A DNA stretch of 53,141 bases. Source: Anaerolineae bacterium. Lineage in GTDB: Bacteria; Chloroflexota; Anaerolineae; DUEN01. The stretch is taken from positions 1 through 53,141 of the forward strand of contig DAOUAJ010000135.1 of assembly GCA_034433615.1 (NCBI GenBank), written 5' to 3'. The position numbers and the translations under genes are program-made. This document shows positions 25,920 to 33,719 of this stretch, one piece after another (position 1 is the first letter of the stretch; each line of letters opens with the position of its first letter). Below the pieces are notes generated by a model, which was not told the origin of the DNA, ran no database searches, and was given only the letters and a program-made list of their open reading frames with translations.

Positions 25920-25953
25920 AGACCCGAAGGGTTTTGGGAAACCCTTCGGGTCT
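25920..25953 (+). other. Perfect 14-bp hairpin without a U-tract inside the fdx-hoxE spacer
   Basis: AGACCCGAAGGGTT / AACCCTTCGGGTCT with a 6-nt loop. It shares the CCCGAAGGG...CCCTTCGGG core with the terminator at 13906-13941. Confidence 0.6.
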
Positions 25954-25982
25954 TAGCAAGTTTATTTTCGAGGAGGAAGGGC

Positions 25983-26462
25983 ATGGTTATTGCTGCCAGA
26001 GAGGTTCAAGACGTATTACCGGTCGTGCGGACAGCCGTCGCCCGACATGGGACGACTCGAGAGGCGTTGATCCCAATCTTGGCCGAGGTCAATCAAGCGT
26101 TAGGGTATCTACCCACTCAAGCGTTGACAGAAATCGGCCGGCTTTTGCAGATACCGACCGGTCAACTGTTCTCGGTTGCCAGTTTTTATCGGATGTTGTC
26201 TACGAAGCCGCGAGGCCGGCACGTGATCCAGTTCTGCGAGAGCGCGCCCTGTCACGTGGTCGGCGGCAGGGAAGTCTGGCAAGCATTGCAGGATGAGTTA
26301 GGCTTGAAGGCAGGGGACACCAGCGCAGATGGGAAGTGGACATTGCTGACAACCAGTTGCCTGGGTATCTGCGGCGTCGGTCCCGTGCTGATCGTAGACA
26401 ATGATGTTTACGGCAACGTCGAGCCCAAGCAGGTGCCGGGAATCCTGGCGCGTTACGCATAA
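25983..26462 (+). CDS. hoxE: NuoE/HoxE-like [2Fe-2S] diaphorase subunit
   Basis: 159 aa with the NuoE pattern ...QFCESAPCHVVGG...TTSCLGICGVGPV.... Confidence 0.85.
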   Translation: MVIAAREVQDVLPVVRTAVARHGTTREALIPILAEVNQALGYLPTQALTEIGRLLQIPTGQLFSVASFYRMLSTKPRGRHVIQFCESAPCHVVGGREVWQALQDELGLKAGDTSADGKWTLLTTSCLGICGVGPVLIVDNDVYGNVEPKQVPGILARYA

Positions 26463-26473
26463 AGGGGGAGAAG

Positions 26474-28117
26474 ATGCAAACCCTCCGTTCTTTGATGTTG
26501 GTCTCTAGCGACCCTGAAAGTATGGAGCGTGGCGCGCAAGAAGTGTATCGGCGCCTGCTGCAAGAGGTTAAAGCGCTAAGCCTGGAAAATGAAGTCTCCG
26601 TGGGCATGATTGGAGATATGGGGCGACATGACGTCACACCTTTGGTGGTCGTCTATCCGGAGGCGATCATCTACGGACCGGTTACGCCTGGGGATGTGCA
26701 CTTTTTGGTTGAAGAGCACCTTTGCAAAGGGCGCGTTGCTGTCGAGCTCCAGGTGTCTGCCCGAGATCTTTCTGGGCGCATCGCCTGGCTGTCCGCTCGC
26801 CGGGGCACGCTGCCGGCAGAACAACGCATTGTGTTGGAACGAGCAGGCTTAATAGATCCTGAGAACATTGACGACTACATCATCCATAATGGGTATGAAG
26901 CGTTAGGGAAGGCGCTGACAGAGATGAAGCCGGCGGATGTCATCAAGACGATTAACGACGCGGGCCTTAGAGGTAGGGGAGGCGCCGGGTTCCCTACGGG
27001 AATGAAGTGGCGTTTTGTGGCCCAGGTCAGCGGCTCTCCCAAGTACGTCATTTGCAATGCTGACGAGAGCGAACCCGGGACTTTCAAAGATCGCCTGATC
27101 CTGGAGGGTGACCCACACAGCATCGTCGAGGCGATGACGATTGCCGGATACGCTGTCGGGGCGAATGAAGGCTACGTCTACATTCGCGGTGAATACACAC
27201 AGGCGCAGGAGCGGCTCAGTAAGGCAATCAGCCAGGCCAGGCAAATGGGATTCCTGGGCAAAGACATCTTCGGGAGCGGCTTTGACTTTGACATCCACGT
27301 CCATGCCGGAGCAGGGGCTTACATCTGCGGCGAGGAAACGGCACTGATTGAATCCATTGAGGGGAAACGCGGTGAGCCTCGCTCTCGCCCCCCTTACCCG
27401 ACGACCTACGGGTTGTGGGGAAAGCCGACCCTGGTGAACAATGTGGAAACCCTTGCCAACGTGCCTCCCATTATCCGCAACGGCGTCTCCTGGTACCGGC
27501 GATTTGGGAGCGGTAACAGCCCCGGCACGAAGGTTTACACCATCCTGGGGAATGTGAACGTCACGGGGTTGATCGAGGTGCCGATGGGCATCACATTGCG
27601 CGAGGTGATCGCTATCTATGGCAAGGGAATGAAGGGAGGGGCGTCGTTCAAGCTGGCCCAGACCGGTGGTTCCAGCGGTTCGATTATTCCGGCCAGCTTG
27701 CAGGACACCCCTATGGATTACGATTCTTATAACCGAGCGGGCGTTTCATTGGGATCGGGCGCATTACTGATTTGCGATGAAAACACGTGTGTCGTTGACC
27801 TGGCGAGGGTGCTGTTAAACTTCTTCAGAGGCGAGAGCTGTGGCAAATGCACCCCCTGCCGCGTCGGCACCGCTCGCGCCCATCAGATTCTCACGAGCCT
27901 CTCTGAAGGGACGGCGAGGCTCGACGACCTTGATGACCTGAGGATGCTCGCGGAGAGCCTGGTTCAACTGTCCCATTGTGGCCTGGGGCAGTCGGCTGCG
28001 ACGCCGATTCGGGATATTCTCAAGCACTTCCTGGCAGAGGTCGAGGCCCACATCAGGCTGAGAGTCTGTCCGACGGGCACCTGCCCGATGAGCGGTCGGC
28101 TGGCAAAGGCTGCCTAA
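26474..28117 (+). CDS. hoxF: NuoF/HoxF-like NAD(H)- and FMN-binding diaphorase subunit
   Basis: GLRGRGGAGFPTGMKW (FMN site), ADESEPGTFKDR, and the C-terminal ESCGKCTPCRVG 4Fe-4S motif. There is an N-terminal Trx-like extension. Confidence 0.9.
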   Translation: MQTLRSLMLVSSDPESMERGAQEVYRRLLQEVKALSLENEVSVGMIGDMGRHDVTPLVVVYPEAIIYGPVTPGDVHFLVEEHLCKGRVAVELQVSARDLSGRIAWLSARRGTLPAEQRIVLERAGLIDPENIDDYIIHNGYEALGKALTEMKPADVIKTINDAGLRGRGGAGFPTGMKWRFVAQVSGSPKYVICNADESEPGTFKDRLILEGDPHSIVEAMTIAGYAVGANEGYVYIRGEYTQAQERLSKAISQARQMGFLGKDIFGSGFDFDIHVHAGAGAYICGEETALIESIEGKRGEPRSRPPYPTTYGLWGKPTLVNNVETLANVPPIIRNGVSWYRRFGSGNSPGTKVYTILGNVNVTGLIEVPMGITLREVIAIYGKGMKGGASFKLAQTGGSSGSIIPASLQDTPMDYDSYNRAGVSLGSGALLICDENTCVVDLARVLLNFFRGESCGKCTPCRVGTARAHQILTSLSEGTARLDDLDDLRMLAESLVQLSHCGLGQSAATPIRDILKHFLAEVEAHIRLRVCPTGTCPMSGRLAKAA

Positions 28118-28276
28118 GCAGCCATCCGGTCAGGCACCTCACCCCTTCGGCAGGGCTTCCGCTGAGCGTCAGCCGAAGCGCTCAGGGCAAATTCTGAGCG
28201 CGCTTCTGGCGCGAAGGGTCTCTCCTTCAAAGCACAGGGTTATAGACATACCTCAACATGTGGGGAGGGCATATAA

Positions 28277-30280
28277 ATGGTCGGTGTGACTATTGATGGT
28301 CATCAGCTTGAAGTCTCTGAGGGCACAACGGTACTTCAGGCCGCCAAGATGGCCGGGATTGACATTCCAACGCTTTGCAATCATCCGAATCTGGCTCCAT
28401 ACGGCGGTTGCCGTTTATGTGTTGTTGAAGTCGAGCGCGTGCGCACCTTGCAACCGTCATGTACACTACCGGTGAGCAATGGCATGGTCGTGTATACCAA
28501 TACACCGAAGGTGCGTGAAGCCCGAAAGTTCATCTTGACGCTCCTGTTTAGCGAGCGCAACCACTTCTGCATGTACTGTCAGATGAGCGGGGGCGATTGC
28601 GAACTGCAAAATGCCGCCTACGGAGAGGACATGACCCACTGGCCTCTACCACCCAACTGGCGGCCATATCCGGTTGACGCTTCTCACAAGCACTTTGTGT
28701 TGGATCACAACCGATGCATCTTGTGTCGGCGCTGCGTCCGGGCTTGTGGGGAGCTGGTCGGCAATTTCACACTGGGTACGCGCGAGCGCGGTGCCAACAG
28801 CATGATCATCGCGGATCTCGATGTGCCGCTAGGTGAGAGCTCTTGTGTCGCATGTGGCACCTGCGTCCAGGTCTGTCCGACCGGCGCGCTCATTGATCGC
28901 ACCAGCGCGTATCGGGGCCGAGAGACGGACGTTGAACGAGTGAAAAGCACCTGTGCTGGATGCAGCGTAGGTTGTGGTGTGGAGTTGGTCATCCGCGACA
29001 ATCAGTTGCTCCGCATTGACGGGGACTGGGACGCACCGGTCAACAACGGCGTGCTGTGCGAGGTGGGGCGATTCCTGCCGCTGAACGAGGAGCGGGAACG
29101 GATCGTCACACCCCTGATACGCGCAAACGGGAAGCTGAAAGCGGCCACTTGGGAAGAAGCCTTGAACTGGGTGGCTGCAAAGCTGAAACCCCTCGCTGGC
29201 AGAAACGGAGACGGCGTGGCCGCGCTGGCCTCGACGCGGCTGCCGGCTGAGGCGCTGTACCTGTTCAAGCAGATCTTCGCCGAGAAACTGGGCAGTGAGA
29301 TGGTCACCAGCATTGAAGAAGGTAAGACCACAGCATTGCCAGGGGCGGTGGCCCAAAGTTTGGGTAGAGCCTTTGAAGGTACCCTGAAAGAGCTAAAGCT
29401 GGCGGATTGTGTGGTGACCATCGGCGTAGATCTGGTCGAAAATCATCAGGTAGCTGGTTTCTTCGTCAAGCGCGCTCTGCCTCGTGGAACGAAGCTGGTT
29501 GTGATTGACCCTTACGATAATCCGCTCCATCAATGGGCGCACTATTCGCTACGGCCTCGAAAAGGGACAGACAGCGATTTACTGTCTGGGATTATGTCAG
29601 GGCTCGTCAGCCAGGGGTTAGCTAAGGGCCGAATGGCCAATCTTCCGGTTCTGAGCGGACATAGCCCTAGCACAGCCAGCGCAGCGACGGGCATCCCGGC
29701 CGAGACCATCCTGGCCGTAGGGCGCCTGATCGCGACCTCGCAGAATCCGGTGTTCATCTATGGAAAGGGCATCACCAGCGAAGGGTCCCAGCAGACATTG
29801 CAAGCGCTGATCGAGTTGGCGCGTCTGGTGGGAGCACTGAGTGAAGAGCATTCAGCTTTGATCGGTGTCAAGGGGCAGGTCAACAGCCTGGCTGCCTACC
29901 TCTACGGACTGGATAAGACGTTCGAGCGAAATGGCCACCAGACGGTTTACCTGGCTCTGGGCGACGACACCCCCAGCCCGCGGTTGATTCAGCGCCTGGA
30001 AGGAGCGCCGTTCATCGCCGTGCAGGCCAGCTATGCATCGCCCGTGACGACGATGGCAGACGTTGTGCTTCCGGTGGAGATGTGGGCCGAACAGGAAGGG
30101 CATTACCTGAACCTTGAAGGAAGGTTGCAGCGAGCATGCAAAGGTCTGCAGGCCCCGGAGAAGGTCTGGTCGCACGTCAATGTCTTGCAGGCGATCGCTG
30201 CGAAGATGGGGCTCACGCTGGACAACGATTGGAGACGGGCTCTGCGCAACTGCGTGTCGCCTGTGGCCATTCGTGAATGA
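28277..30280 (+). CDS. hoxU: HoxU/NuoG-like Fe-S subunit with a C-terminal molybdopterin-oxidoreductase-like domain
   Basis: N-terminal 2Fe-2S motif (CNHPNLAPYGGCRLC), the His-ligated cluster region and 2x CxxCxxCxxxCP, then CAGCSVGCGV and a roughly 400-aa MopB-like domain. At 667 aa it is close to NuoG length rather than the ~240 aa of HoxU. Confidence 0.8.
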   Translation: MVGVTIDGHQLEVSEGTTVLQAAKMAGIDIPTLCNHPNLAPYGGCRLCVVEVERVRTLQPSCTLPVSNGMVVYTNTPKVREARKFILTLLFSERNHFCMYCQMSGGDCELQNAAYGEDMTHWPLPPNWRPYPVDASHKHFVLDHNRCILCRRCVRACGELVGNFTLGTRERGANSMIIADLDVPLGESSCVACGTCVQVCPTGALIDRTSAYRGRETDVERVKSTCAGCSVGCGVELVIRDNQLLRIDGDWDAPVNNGVLCEVGRFLPLNEERERIVTPLIRANGKLKAATWEEALNWVAAKLKPLAGRNGDGVAALASTRLPAEALYLFKQIFAEKLGSEMVTSIEEGKTTALPGAVAQSLGRAFEGTLKELKLADCVVTIGVDLVENHQVAGFFVKRALPRGTKLVVIDPYDNPLHQWAHYSLRPRKGTDSDLLSGIMSGLVSQGLAKGRMANLPVLSGHSPSTASAATGIPAETILAVGRLIATSQNPVFIYGKGITSEGSQQTLQALIELARLVGALSEEHSALIGVKGQVNSLAAYLYGLDKTFERNGHQTVYLALGDDTPSPRLIQRLEGAPFIAVQASYASPVTTMADVVLPVEMWAEQEGHYLNLEGRLQRACKGLQAPEKVWSHVNVLQAIAAKMGLTLDNDWRRALRNCVSPVAIRE

Positions 30281-30374
30281 CATTTATGTTGAACAAAACG
30301 TAATGCGTAAAACTAAGAAGGGCCTATCGCGTTTACGCATCACGTTTCACGCTTTGCGTGAAAGGAGCGCTGAG

Positions 30375-30917
30375 GTGGCTAAACCAAAGATTTCGACCGA
30401 TTGGATGGCCGGATGTGCAGGGTGTGAGATGTCACTATTGGATATTGACGAGCGAATTGTGAAGATCGCAGAATTGGTTGACATCCGGTCAACACCCATC
30501 ACTGACCTGAAAGAGCCTGATAAAGAGGGAGTTGATGTTGGGATTCTCACCGGTGCAGTCAATCTGACGACGAACGAAGAAGTCGCTCACCGCATGCGCC
30601 AGCGTTGCAAGATTCTGGTGGCGTTAGGAGATTGCGCGGTGTTCGGCGGCGTGGTGGCCATGCGCAATCTCTTCAAACTGGATGAGGCACTACGTCGAGC
30701 GTACATCGAGGCCGAAAGCGTTAACGGCGAAGGTAAAGTCCCCCAAAGTCCCGAGCTAGGCCAACCCACCGAAGTACGGGCATTGGGCGAAGTTGTTGAT
30801 GTAGATGTCTTCATCCCTGGCTGCCCACCCGACCCTGACGTCATCTACTATGCCCTGAGCGAGTTGGCTAGCGGGCGAATTCCAGAGATCAAAGACGACA
30901 AGCTACACTGGCATTGA
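30375..30917 (+). CDS. hoxY: [NiFe]-hydrogenase small subunit, HoxY type
   Basis: VAKPKISTDWMAGCAGCEMSLLD..., GDCAVFGG, IPGCPP (proximal cluster only). GTG 30375 is preceded by AAAGGAG; ATG 30303 is an alternative start. Confidence 0.8.
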   Translation: MAKPKISTDWMAGCAGCEMSLLDIDERIVKIAELVDIRSTPITDLKEPDKEGVDVGILTGAVNLTTNEEVAHRMRQRCKILVALGDCAVFGGVVAMRNLFKLDEALRRAYIEAESVNGEGKVPQSPELGQPTEVRALGEVVDVDVFIPGCPPDPDVIYYALSELASGRIPEIKDDKLHWH

Positions 30918-30932
30918 TCAGAGGGAACGGAA

Positions 30933-32360
30933 ATGAGTGCACAAAAGATCACCATCGAGCCGGTCACCAGGATCGAAGGGCATGCCAAGGTGACCATTCA
31001 CCTGGATGAGAACGGCCGCGTTGGGCAGACCTACCTGCACATCAATGAATTCAGGGGGTTCGAGAAATTTTGCGAAGGGCGCATGTACTTTGAGATGCCC
31101 ATGATCACCCCCCGCATCTGCGGAATCTGCCCGGTCAGCCATCACCTGGCCTCGGCCAAGGCGGGCGACGACCTGGCAGGGACCCCGCCGCCGCGCCCGG
31201 CTTCCTTGCTGCGAGAGCTTATGCACATGGGACAGCTCATCCAGAGCCACGGTATGCACTTCTTCGAGCTGGCCGGGCCTGACCTGCTGCTGGGGTTCGA
31301 TGCCGATCCGGCGATCAGAAACGTGGTAGGCCTGATCCAGGCTGCCCCGGCGCTGGCATTGAAGGCGATCAATCTGCGCAAATTCGGGCAGGAGATCATC
31401 CGCACCCTCGGCGGACGCAAGGTGCATCCGAACTTCGCTATCCCTGGTGGCGTGAACAAAGCATTGAAAGCCGACGAGCGAGATGCCATCCTGGCGGGCG
31501 TTGACGAGGCCATCGGCACCATCCAGGCGGGCATCGCCATCATGAAAGATTGGGCGGCGAAGAATCAGGAGTACATCGAGAAATTCGCCGTCTTCCCCAC
31601 CGGCTACTTCGGCCTGGTCACCAAGGAGGGTGGCCTTGAGCTTTACGAAGGCAACTGCCGGTTGATGGATGCCGATGGAAAAATTCTGGAAGAGTTTGAT
31701 GGTCGTCGCTATCTGGATTACATCGCCGAACACGTGGAGGACTGGTCCTACCTGAAGTTCCCGTACTATAAGAAGATGGGATGGCCAGACGGCGTCTACC
31801 GCGTGGGGCCGCTGGGACGGTTGAACGTCGCCGAAAAGATTGACACGCCCCTGGCCAACGAGGAGCTGAAGTCGTTTAAGGCGCTCAATGATGGAAGGCC
31901 AGTGGAGAACACCCTCCACTATCACTACGCGCGGCTCATCGAGGCCCTCTTCGCAGCGGAGCGGGTCAAAATCTTGCTGGATGATCCTGACATTTTAAGC
32001 ACCGACGTTCTGAATACCCGGCGACAATTCAAGGGAGAGGGCGTCGGCGTCATCGAGGCGCCGCGCGGGACCCTTTTCCATCACTACTGGGCGGACCCAA
32101 ACGGCCAGTTGCTGCGCGTTAACCTGATCGTGTCAACCGGCCACAACAACTGGGCCATGAATAAGGCCGTGGAATCGGTCGCGAAGATGTACGTGGACGG
32201 GACGAAGCTGACCGAGGGGATGTTGAACCGGGTCGAGGCGGCCATCCGGGCTTACGATCCGTGCCTCTCCTGCTCCACCCACGCGGTCGGACAGATGCCC
32301 ATGATCGTGGAATTACACGGCCCGCAGGGTGAACTGCTGGACGTGCTGCGGCGCGACTAA
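30933..32360 (+). CDS. hoxH: [NiFe]-hydrogenase large subunit, HoxH type (group 3)
   Basis: N-terminal [10 protein letters not shown] and C-terminal DPCLSCSTH Ni-Fe ligand motifs, followed by a cleavable C-terminal extension. Confidence 0.92.
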   Translation: MSAQKITIEPVTRIEGHAKVTIHLDENGRVGQTYLHINEFRGFEKFCEGRMYFEMPMITPRICGICPVSHHLASAKAGDDLAGTPPPRPASLLRELMHMGQLIQSHGMHFFELAGPDLLLGFDADPAIRNVVGLIQAAPALALKAINLRKFGQEIIRTLGGRKVHPNFAIPGGVNKALKADERDAILAGVDEAIGTIQAGIAIMKDWAAKNQEYIEKFAVFPTGYFGLVTKEGGLELYEGNCRLMDADGKILEEFDGRRYLDYIAEHVEDWSYLKFPYYKKMGWPDGVYRVGPLGRLNVAEKIDTPLANEELKSFKALNDGRPVENTLHYHYARLIEALFAAERVKILLDDPDILSTDVLNTRRQFKGEGVGVIEAPRGTLFHHYWADPNGQLLRVNLIVSTGHNNWAMNKAVESVAKMYVDGTKLTEGMLNRVEAAIRAYDPCLSCSTHAVGQMPMIVELHGPQGELLDVLRRD

Positions 32361-32739
32361 TTTGCACTCGCGTTGAGGGATATTTCAAGGGCGGGCTCCT
32401 TCTCTTTTAAGGCTACCTGCCCTGCCAATGGGCAGCCTGCCCTGGACGTCGTGCAGGCCAGGGGTCAGGGCGCCAGCACCTCCAAGAGAGCCAGGGGTGG
32501 CCTGGAGGGATTTCCTCCTCCAGAAAGTTCTCTTTCTCGGCCCTTTACCTGCCTTTCTCAGCCTAAGCCCCCCGGACCAGGCTGAGAGGAGGCAGGCGGA
32601 AGGCAAAAGGGGGATTTCTGCGGAGGGGGTTCCCTTCGCGCCTCCCCGTCGTGGGCAGGAGTGGGCTTCTACTGAAAAAGCCTGCTCTGTAAAGCGATGA
32701 GGGATAGGGTTGACATAAGGCTCTAGCACCCGTCCCCGG

Positions 32740-33318
32740 GTGCGCTTTTGGCGGCCCGAGGACGGGCCTTGGAGCTTGTATCAAAACCTCAAGAGTTTGA
32801 AGCGAGGCAAGACATTGGCCGAAGGCAAACAGCGGGTTTTGGTGCTGGGCTACGGCAACGTGAGCCGCCAGGACGATGGCATCGGGTTTCACGTGATCAA
32901 CGCCATAGCCTGGCGGCTGGGACGGCCACCGCTGGCGCCGGGCGAGGAAGGCCTCTCAGACCTGGGGCAGCCGGTGGACCTGGCCTTCGTGCTCCAGCTT
33001 GTCCCGGAGCTGGCCGAGACGCTGGCCGACTACGACGAGGTCTTCTTCGTGGATGCCCACACGGGTGCTTACGAGGAGCCGATCCGCTGGGAGAGGCTGG
33101 CGCCCGGCTACGCACCCTCAGCCTTCACCCATCACATGACCCCGGCCACGTTGCTGGAGATCGCGAAAGCCCTTTACGGTCGAACGCCCATGGGGCATCT
33201 GGTTTCCGTGCGGGGATTCCGGTTCGGCTTCGGCATGGAACTGTCGCCCGAGGCGCAACGGCTGTGCGAGATGGCCGCCGGGCAGATTGTGGAGCGGTTG
33301 CCTGCAGTGGACAAGTAA
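32740..33318 (+). CDS. hoxW: Hydrogenase maturation endopeptidase (HoxW/HybD family)
   Basis: RVLVLGYGNVSRQDDGIGFHV...FVDAH... The true start may be TTG 32815 (SD GAGG), which gives LAEGKQRVLVLG.... Confidence 0.75.
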   Translation: MRFWRPEDGPWSLYQNLKSLKRGKTLAEGKQRVLVLGYGNVSRQDDGIGFHVINAIAWRLGRPPLAPGEEGLSDLGQPVDLAFVLQLVPELAETLADYDEVFFVDAHTGAYEEPIRWERLAPGYAPSAFTHHMTPATLLEIAKALYGRTPMGHLVSVRGFRFGFGMELSPEAQRLCEMAAGQIVERLPAVDK

Positions 33319-33719
33319 TGTCGCACGTCCGCATCCAGTCTTTCAGGCTGTCCAGGCGAATCTGCCGTATATCGCGCAGCGCGACCGGGAACACCATTAC
33401 CCGGCCCTCGACGATGAGATGGCCGAAAGCGATGTCGCCGATGGTCGTGCCCTTGTACCTTACAGTCATGTGCTTGACCGGCTTGACGGCCAGCCCTCGC
33501 AACTTCAACTCATGGTGGCAAGCATTGCCGTAGATGCGATGCATGAAACCGAGGCCCAGGATGGTATACGATAAAGCGGGGTAGAGCCAGTTGGCAGAGG
33601 GGGCCACCACTTCTGAAGGCAACGTTACAGGCGCTACAGGGGCCCTGGTGACCGGATCGAAGTAGAGGCCGATCGAACTCTGGCTTCTCGCTCCCGAAGT
33701 TAAAGAGCAATCCCACTTT
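33319..33719 (-). pseudogene. Degenerate GxxExxY-family (PD-(D/E)XK-like) gene relics, pieces in permuted order
   Basis: The 33319-33580 frame reads GLGFMHRIYGNACHHELKLRGLAVKPVKHMTVRYKGTTIGDIAFGHLIVEGRVMVFPVAL...LKDWMRTCDI, matching the family layout with the motif Glu and the D/E/K residues replaced. A different frame at 33660-33719 reads KVGLLFNFGSEKPEFDR, the family C-terminus. Confidence 0.45.

Noticed and set aside
30918-31925. 335-aa minus-strand ORF antisense to hoxH. Similar long antisense or alternate-frame ORFs occur at 48718-49527, 46217-46921, 12711-13310, 3415-4182, 40834-41310 and 32748-33533.
   Set aside because: These are typical shadow ORFs of GC-rich DNA: Arg/Gly/Pro/Leu-rich composition, no SD sequences and no recognisable motifs. 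Each overlaps a gene with unambiguous family signatures on the other strand or frame.
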